A DNA stretch of 24,000 nt, from the NCBI GenBank assembly GCA_964600735.1, contig CAZRLL010000002.1, forward strand, positions 1 to 24,000, written 5' to 3'. The stretch is from an uncultured archaeon. GTDB lineage: Archaea > Asgardarchaeota > Heimdallarchaeia > Heimdallarchaeales > Kariarchaeaceae. This document shows positions 17,536 through 24,000 of the stretch, piece by piece. The notes under the pieces were generated by a model. It did not search any database. It was not told where the DNA came from and worked only from the letters and a program-made list of their open reading frames with translations. The first letter of the stretch is position 1. Every line of letters begins with the position of its first letter. A program made the position numbers and the translations under genes.

Positions 17536-17978
17536 TCAGAAAGGAAAAAAAAGATGTGGAACAGCTGATCAGAGATCTTCTTAGAATTAAAATTGAATTA
17601 CTTGAGAGGGATTATTATCTGGTTCAACAAAGGAAAAATATGTATACGATAAATTATGCAAATTTAAATTTCCCAATTCCAGACCTATCAAATATTGTCT
17701 CTATTGGGGTTCCAATCATTACAGGGAATCCTAGTAAAATTACACTCTTACCAAGTATTTTGAATTGTTTAGATGAGAAAATAAGAAATTATAAAATTAA
17801 TAAATCTGAAGTCAACCGAGTTAGTCATGGCTATTCAATTAGCATTGATACTCAAGATCGACTGTTAATTTTAATTGATAAATATAACAGAAGAATTGCA
17901 TTTGGTAAGGTCGAAGACAAATATTTCAAGCCAATTGCAGATATTGGTTTGTATTTAAGAAATGAAAAACTCTTCTGA
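17532..17978 (+). CDS. small protein translationally coupled to the NSUN gene; possibly PUA-like
   Basis: ATGA overlap with the upstream stop. C-terminal LLILIDKYNRRIAFGKVEDKYFKPIADIGLYLRNEK is vaguely PUA-like; low certainty. Confidence 0.5.
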   Translation: MIRKEKKDVEQLIRDLLRIKIELLERDYYLVQQRKNMYTINYANLNFPIPDLSNIVSIGVPIITGNPSKITLLPSILNCLDEKIRNYKINKSEVNRVSHGYSISIDTQDRLLILIDKYNRRIAFGKVEDKYFKPIADIGLYLRNEKLF

Positions 17979-18198
17979 TAAAATTGCAATTAAAGCAAGC
18001 AAGTTAGATGGTAAAATTCCTTCCATTTTCTAAGTTATTATTTGAGCAAAATTTGAATTTGATGTAATCGATTCATTATTACAAAAATTTCTAGATTGAA
18101 ATCGATAAATTAATGATATTTAAGAAAAATTTTTCATTTATTATGGAAATCAAACGAGTTTCATCACGGCTTACCAGTTGAATTAGAAATCGAGAAAC

Positions 18199-18369
18199 CT
18201 AGGTGGAATAAAATGTACAAATTAATACATGATTATAAAGCTTTGAATGAACGGTTGATTTTCCAGTACAAGCTTTTCCTTGTATTAAAATTGTGCGGTT
18301 CTTAATCAATCCTCCATCCAATAAGGAATCTAACCCTTCTATACCTGTATTAATTTTTGTTGTTTCCAT
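18199..18369 (-). pseudogene. truncated KaiC/RadA-type RecA-superfamily ATPase N-terminus (56 codons)
   Basis: Manual translation: METTKINTGIEGLDSLLDGGLIKNRTILIQGKACTGKSTVHSKLYNHVLICTFYST*; GIEGLDSLLDGGLI followed by Walker A GKACTGKST. Below the ORF-track length cutoff. Confidence 0.6.
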
Positions 18370-18382
18370 ATCAATACTTCCT

Positions 18383-19147
18383 TTACTTTATAGCTCTTGT
18401 AAAATCTATAATACTTGATTTCACAAGAGGTGAAATTTGTATACATACTGCTGTGTATTCACCAGCAGTGTATTTACCACCCTGAGTTTCCACAATACTA
18501 ATTTGAGCAAAATCGTCAAATATAAAAGTTGTAGCTGTACCGATAGTAGACACAATTTTAATTTTGTAATGGTCCAGTTCTTCAACGGGTTCATCTGTTT
18601 GGATAATAATATCTATCCCTTGGAGATCAGATAGCATATTACTAAATTTTGTGACTAATAATTTAGAATTACCTGAAGATATTCTCAATACCGATCTTGT
18701 ACTTGCTAATAGAGATGAAACTTTGGATATTATATTTGCCAAACCTACATAGGTCCATACCCCCTGCTCATCCGATATATCAGGACGAGATGTTTTATAT
18801 AATTTTAGTAATTCAGGTAATACTCGATTAACTAGCTCTTCCCTCCTTTTCTGTTTTGTTTTCCATTCCATCTCGATTGACTTTAACAGATTTAGGATAG
18901 CTCGTTCAGGATTATTGCATTTAAATTTGCGAGGTCTACCCTTATCTCCTGTAATCAATTCCTTCGAATATTCTAAACTTTCCAAAACCTGATACACTTT
19001 TGCATAAGGGATTGATGAGCGGTCACTAATTGCTCGGGCAACGATCGTTCCACCTTCTAAAACTGTTAAATATGCTCTGGTCTCATATTCATTCAGACCC
19101 AATTCAGATAATACTAGTGTAGTTGTTTCTTCAGTGATATCAGACAC
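18383..19147 (-). CDS. TrmB-family-like HTH transcriptional regulator
   Basis: LSELGLNEYETRAYLTVLEGGTIVARAISDRSSIPYAKVYQVLESLEYSKELITGDKGRPRKFKCNNPERAILNLLKS is the TrmB winged-helix pattern. Confidence 0.85.
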   Translation of the reverse strand: MSDITEETTTLVLSELGLNEYETRAYLTVLEGGTIVARAISDRSSIPYAKVYQVLESLEYSKELITGDKGRPRKFKCNNPERAILNLLKSIEMEWKTKQKRREELVNRVLPELLKLYKTSRPDISDEQGVWTYVGLANIISKVSSLLASTRSVLRISSGNSKLLVTKFSNMLSDLQGIDIIIQTDEPVEELDHYKIKIVSTIGTATTFIFDDFAQISIVETQGGKYTAGEYTAVCIQISPLVKSSIIDFTRAIK

Positions 19148-19289
19148 AATATATTACTTCATTTGGTGGGAAAAAAAATTATTTACTGTTGAGTTAAAAA
19201 AAAGTAAAATATATCATAAAAGTTACTTAAATTCATATTGTGATTAATAAATTTTATTTGTTTTTTGAAATGCAGAGCCAATTAGATCA

Positions 19290-21416
19290 ATGAAAAAAGA
19301 GTCACAGTATTATATTATTGCATTAGTTGTATTATTCTTGTTGAATCCTACTACAATTCAGATGGGAGCTAAAACGGATGCAAACCATGATCAGTCATTA
19401 TCTCCTGAAAGTTATAATCCCAAATTTGATCTGTTCAACATAAGAGATCAAATGACACTCACACCAATCTTTACTCCCGATAATGCCTTATCTTCGCATA
19501 TTGGATGGATTAACCAAGCAAATTCAACAATTGACATCCAGAATCAATATATCAAATTTTTTGATTCTTATGATGATTGGGAAACAAATCCCACTCCATT
19601 TGTAGCAGCTTTATTAAATGCAAAATTACGAGGAGTGAGTATCCGGGTACAATTAAGAGATAATGAAAGTAATGAGATCGAACCTTTTCTTTTGAATAAG
19701 GGAATTTCTGTAAAGTACATGGGGTCTTTAATTAGCAATACAGATGATGACGACTGGTTATCGAATACTCATAATAAGTTAATGATTATAGATGAAAGTG
19801 TAATACTTATATCATCAATTAATTTTGGAAGTGGATTTATAAACAGTAGAGAAGCAGGTATTGTTGTTCAAAACGCTCAAGCTGCAAATTACTTCACTTC
19901 AATTTTTGAAAATGACTGGGTGGATGGAGAAGTTCCTGTTTTTCGATTAACTGATCCTGGAATTATATCAGAGAAAATTGTTACAAACAGTGTGGATTAT
20001 CCCAGTCATACCAATATTCCTAAGACAAATTTTACTGGAATATACAACATTACTCTTTTTACTAACCCGGACAATGCTGATGGGGTGATTTTTAATTTCT
20101 TGAAAGCAGCAAAAAAATCGATTTATGTTTCAATGTATACAATTTCTAGACCCGATTTCAATAACACACTAATTAATCTCAAAAAAGCCAATCCCTCGAT
20201 TGATATACAAGTATTAATTTCCAGTCGACGAGTTGGTAAATATGAAAATATTGATACATGGTCTGCAGTTAAATCATTAGTAGACAATCTAATTCCGGTA
20301 TATAATGCATCTGTGGATACTTTTATTGATCAAGCTGGGTTTTACCATAATAAATATTGGATAATTGATGGTGAACATACCTTCGTTTATAGTGGTAATT
20401 GGAGTCCCAGAAGTGTAACACCTGTGGAAACACAATATTCTTCCGATGAGGGAAATAGAGATATGGGAATAGTAATCCATGATGCCACTGATATTGCTGA
20501 TTTTTACAAGAATGTATGGGATCAAGATGTTTTAGTTGCAGATAAGTGGGAACTCCCAATTGGGATTAAGCAGACTAGTTTTCAAACTGCTGATGTTGTT
20601 TATGGTTCAATCACTCTTTCGGCAAATATTAACGGTTTAAATAATCCAACTGTTTCATATCGTTGGGGGAATGGGGATTATCATCAGGTGAGTTTAACCA
20701 ATAACACATTTTCTGAAGAATTTGATACAACAACATTCGAAAATGGAATTACAACATTTGAGGTCAGAGCAGAAGAAGTAACTCAAGTTTTTACCGATAA
20801 AGTGATTATTAATGTGGTCAACTTGGTCGAGAATGATAACTGGAGATTTTTAATAACTGAATTGTTACCAAATCCTGAGGGTACAGACTCCGTTGCCGAA
20901 TTTATTGAATTAACGAATAGCTTTCCATTTGATTTATTGATTGAAGACTGGCAGATTGGTGATGATAGTGATTTGTTCTCTTTTAAGGGGGGAACGAAAA
21001 TAAAATCATATTCTTCGATAATATTGGCAAAGGATAAATCAGGATTTGAAAGCACATTTAGTATAACTGCGGATTATGAATTTAGATTTACTCTGAAAAA
21101 TACCGATGGAGACTATGTACGATTGCTGGACAATCATGAAGAATACATGGATGTCGTTGCCTATGGATTGGATGCACCTGATGGCTCTGAAAAATTATCA
21201 ATTCCAGATTCAGGAGAATCAATCTTGAGAATAAACTTACATATAGACACTGATGAAGCAGCAGATTTTACATTTGGTGAACCAGATCCCAAGGGAGAAG
21301 TTCCACAGATTTCTATGGGGATTTTAGAAACAGACGAGACAGCTGCACCTATTATAACTCCATGGATATTTCTAATAATCTCGATGCTCCCAATTTATTT
21401 GAAGAAACAAAAGTAA
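19290..21416 (+). CDS. secreted/membrane-anchored phospholipase D-like protein with C-terminal lamin-tail (LTD)-like domain
   Basis: Hydrophobic N-term YYIIALVVLFLLN; two HKD motifs HNKLMIIDESVILISSINFGSG and HNKYWIIDGEHTFVYSGNWSPR; LTD-like FLITELLPNPEGTDSVAEFIELTNSFPFDLLIEDWQIGDDSD; C-term hydrophobic IITPWIFLIISMLPIYLKKQK. Confidence 0.85.
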   Translation: MKKESQYYIIALVVLFLLNPTTIQMGAKTDANHDQSLSPESYNPKFDLFNIRDQMTLTPIFTPDNALSSHIGWINQANSTIDIQNQYIKFFDSYDDWETNPTPFVAALLNAKLRGVSIRVQLRDNESNEIEPFLLNKGISVKYMGSLISNTDDDDWLSNTHNKLMIIDESVILISSINFGSGFINSREAGIVVQNAQAANYFTSIFENDWVDGEVPVFRLTDPGIISEKIVTNSVDYPSHTNIPKTNFTGIYNITLFTNPDNADGVIFNFLKAAKKSIYVSMYTISRPDFNNTLINLKKANPSIDIQVLISSRRVGKYENIDTWSAVKSLVDNLIPVYNASVDTFIDQAGFYHNKYWIIDGEHTFVYSGNWSPRSVTPVETQYSSDEGNRDMGIVIHDATDIADFYKNVWDQDVLVADKWELPIGIKQTSFQTADVVYGSITLSANINGLNNPTVSYRWGNGDYHQVSLTNNTFSEEFDTTTFENGITTFEVRAEEVTQVFTDKVIINVVNLVENDNWRFLITELLPNPEGTDSVAEFIELTNSFPFDLLIEDWQIGDDSDLFSFKGGTKIKSYSSIILAKDKSGFESTFSITADYEFRFTLKNTDGDYVRLLDNHEEYMDVVAYGLDAPDGSEKLSIPDSGESILRINLHIDTDEAADFTFGEPDPKGEVPQISMGILETDETAAPIITPWIFLIISMLPIYLKKQK

Positions 21417-21670
21417 AAAAAAAGGATTCAGAATCTCTAACATGGGAAAATAGAAGGGAGTTAATGCAAAATCTTGTGAAACAAAGTTTAATAAATTAAG
21501 AGGAATTATCTGATGATTTCATAATATGCAATCACAACTTCATCCTATAACACAATTTTGATGACAACTTTTTTCATTAGTGGCGTTAAAAATATAGAAT
21601 GACGCGTTATTGGAAACTCCGATTGATCTACTCATCGCTGAATGCTTGTCAATATTTAATTCTCACGGAT

Positions 21671-22567
21671 TTAATATCGAGTAATTTCGGTACTTTGAAC
21701 TAATTCGGGAATTGCTGGAGACATCGCGGCACCTATCGCCCCAGGACCGACATGGGCACCTATTGTGGGTCCAATTTTTGCAGGAATTAAATCAATAATA
21801 TTGAAATTATTTAAGATCTCATTATTAAGATTAGCTGCATAACTTGGATTCATTGAATGCATAACTGAACATATAAATGGTTGATCCTGGTCAAAATGTT
21901 GATAATGGATTTTAAAACGATCAATAATCATCTCAATTCCTTTTTTCAATCCTTTCGGAGTGTCCACAGCTTCTGTTTTACTATCATTTACTTCAAGTAA
22001 TGGTGTGATACCCAAAATACTACCTAATTTTCCCTTGCTAAGAGGAACTCTACCCCCCCTAATCAAATAGTCAAAAGTTTCTGCAACTGCAAATAATATC
22101 GTATTGGGTGTGATTTGATTTAGCTTATCGATAATCGCATTCAATGAATAACCCATCTTAGCCAATCTAGCAGCTTGTATAACCACTAACCCTTGATACA
22201 TCGAAATACCTGTCGAATCAAAAATATGATAGTTTACACTACTAGTAAATTTTACCGCAATTTCTGCTGATTCTCTAAATTTTGATACTGAAAGCGGTAA
22301 TGTTATGATTAGAATATCTTCTTCCGATTGCTCGATTTTCTTAATTACTCTATAAAAGGCAAGAGGGCTGGCTTGTGTTGTTAATGGGTGATATCGATGA
22401 GTTTTTAATTTATTGTAAAAATCATTTGTTTGTAAGTCCACACCGTCTAAATAGACTTCCCTACCAAATAGGATACGTGCGGGAACTACTGATATATCCA
22501 GATTAAATGCAATATTATGTGGTATATCAGAAGCAGAATCAGTGATGATTTTTACCATTTTGTACAA
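21671..22567 (-). CDS. DegV family protein
   Basis: VKIITDSASDIPHNIAFNLDISVVPARILFGREVYLDGVDL...TTQASPLAFYRVI...IFDSTGISMYQGLVVIQAA...GGRVPLSKGKLGSILGITPLLEV...IGAHVGPGAIG. Confidence 0.93.
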   Translation of the reverse strand: MYKMVKIITDSASDIPHNIAFNLDISVVPARILFGREVYLDGVDLQTNDFYNKLKTHRYHPLTTQASPLAFYRVIKKIEQSEEDILIITLPLSVSKFRESAEIAVKFTSSVNYHIFDSTGISMYQGLVVIQAARLAKMGYSLNAIIDKLNQITPNTILFAVAETFDYLIRGGRVPLSKGKLGSILGITPLLEVNDSKTEAVDTPKGLKKGIEMIIDRFKIHYQHFDQDQPFICSVMHSMNPSYAANLNNEILNNFNIIDLIPAKIGPTIGAHVGPGAIGAAMSPAIPELVQSTEITRY

Positions 22568-22602
22568 TTGATAATTAATATATTCTTTTTTTTAATATTG
22601 TG

Positions 22603-23360
22603 TTAATTGTTTGATATTACACGTCGAACAATATTTTTTAGCGCGTCTATTCGTTTTGTAAATAATTCTCCAACTTCTTCATGTGATATTGATTCTTGTA
22701 ATCCAGCCGCAAAATTTGTTACAACAGCGATTGTGGCATACGGGATTTCGAGTTCTTTGGCTAGAAACACTTCAGGTGCTGTAGTCATACCAACAAAGTC
22801 ACCACCAAGAATAGAATAAGCTTTTATTTCCGCCGGTGTTTCAAATCTGGGGCCATTACAGACTACAATTGTACCTTTAGGAATAATTTCTTCATTCGTT
22901 GGGCTGCTTGAATGAATTATCTCCTCTCGCACAATTTTATTAAAGGGGTTGGTAACATCTGTATGCACAACTCCTGTAAGTGTTTTTCCTGTTCGAGTAC
23001 TAACAGTTAATTCACCTCCATCGAAAAACGTTGTTTTACGGTCAGATGTAAAATCTATTATTTGGTCCGGAATCGCAAATGAGCCAGGTGGGATTTCTAG
23101 CTGTAAACTTCCAACAGCATTGGTTGCGATTATTTTTGCTAAGTTCAATTTATGTGCAGCGAAAATATTTGCCCGATAATTGATATTACTAGGTAAAATT
23201 GAATGATTTTTACCATGTCTAGGTATGAAATATACTTTTTTCCCCTTCACGACACCGAATTCAAATACTACTTCACCAAATGGAGTTTCAATGGTAATTA
23301 CTTCTGGATTTTCTAGAAAATTGTAAAAACCAGATCCTCCAATAATTCCTATAATTTCAT
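22603..23360 (-). CDS. S-methyl-5'-thioadenosine phosphorylase / purine nucleoside phosphorylase, start disrupted by apparent 1-nt indel
   Basis: YFIPRHGKNHSILPSNINYRANIFAAHKL...NAVGSLQ...CNGPRFETPAEI...GGDFVGMTTAPEVFLAKELEIPYATIAVVTNFA. The missing N-term IIGIIGGSGFYNFLENPEVITIETPFGEVVFEFGVVKG is encoded in frame upstream of the track start 23250; ATG at 23360 is out of frame by 1 nt. Confidence 0.85.
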
Positions 23361-23459
23361 ATCACCCGATTCTTTCTCATTAAATTAGGTCAATATTCCA
23401 ATTTTTATAAATTATTATTATCCTAAGTTAGATAGAGAAATTTATCATTTTAATATCAG

Positions 23460-24000
23460 TCAGATTTTTCCAACTGAACTGTGCTTTTCAATAAATTTAA
23501 TCATTTTTTCTTTGTAAGAATCAATTACTATGGGTGTGAAATAAGAAAAATGATCTCCTGATACATTTAGAATACTTAATAGACCATCAACATCAATAGA
23601 ATTTCGTTGCCATGCTTGATCATTCTCTGTTAAAATAAATAATGAAGGTACTACAATTTTTTTTAAAGGAATTTTAATCATATCAGAATCATCTGCAAAC
23701 CATGAATTAATCATATCCAACATTACTTCCCAATTAGGTCCATGATCCCTTTTGATATTTCGTAACAATTTAGATTGTTTATAGGTATTAACTGAGAAAA
23801 ACCACCTAATTTTTCTTAGATTAGACTCATCAAATGTTGTACCACAACCCATGTAGATCGCGAAATGAAAAGGTGGCTCTTTAATTCTCATAGCAAACAG
23901 ACCACTTAGAGAAAATCCAATGAACCCTACCTTTGTAATTTGATTTTTCTTTCTCACTCTTTTTAGAGCATTGTTCATAGTGTCTATCAGGTCATGAAAT
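23460..24000 (-). CDS. alpha/beta hydrolase-like protein, partial at window edge
   Basis: Nucleophile elbow GFIGFSLSGLFAMRI and late catalytic-type segment SGDHFSYFTP. Frame stays open from 23978 to the edge (FHDLIDTM...), so the true start is outside the window. Confidence 0.65.
   Translation of the reverse strand, partial: FHDLIDTMNNALKRVRKKNQITKVGFIGFSLSGLFAMRIKEPPFHFAIYMGCGTTFDESNLRKIRWFFSVNTYKQSKLLRNIKRDHGPNWEVMLDMINSWFADDSDMIKIPLKKIVVPSLFILTENDQAWQRNSIDVDGLLSILNVSGDHFSYFTPIVIDSYKEKMIKFIEKHSSVGKI

Noticed and set aside
20289-21055. minus-strand ORFs within the PLD-LTD gene
   Set aside because: Antisense shadows with no domain pattern.
22607-23179. plus-strand ORFs 22607-22819 and 22949-23179
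   Set aside because: Antisense to the MTA phosphorylase gene.
1-24000. Possible CRISPR array, transposon ends, integrase or defence island
   Set aside because: No regular direct repeats, no terminal inverted repeats flanking a transposase, and no recognisable cas, restriction or toxin-antitoxin genes. The tRNA cluster has no adjacent integrase.

Overview
AT-rich archaeal chromosomal window whose gene content points to an Asgard archaeon (lineage cannot be fixed from this window). The left part holds an Hsp20-like gene, a Roadblock/LC7 gene, a cluster of three tRNA genes (two with introns, one intron at an unusual D-arm-side position) and an informational block: TFS, an OB-fold protein, PCNA, GINS, rpS27e, a thioredoxin-V4R-V4R fusion, and TFE. 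The centre (about 8.6-14.1 kb) is a compact ESCRT locus: two ESCRT-III paralogs, a Vps4-type MIT-AAA ATPase, Vps25-like and Vps22/36-like ESCRT-II, Vps28-like ESCRT-I, and a TSG101/Vps23-like protein. The last has an E2 fold that keeps HPN but has Ala (GCC) at the catalytic Cys position. Directly upstream on the same strand is a divergent EF-2 paralog lacking the diphthamide motif. The right part has an NSUN-type methyltransferase with a coupled small ORF, a TrmB-like regulator followed by an unlisted 56-codon fragment with a KaiC/RadA-type Walker A, a secreted PLD plus lamin-tail-domain-like protein, DegV, an MTA phosphorylase whose start seems disrupted by a 1-nt indel, and an alpha/beta hydrolase running off the right edge. 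No CRISPR array, rRNA or transposase was seen. All assignments are from motif recognition by eye; no searches were run.
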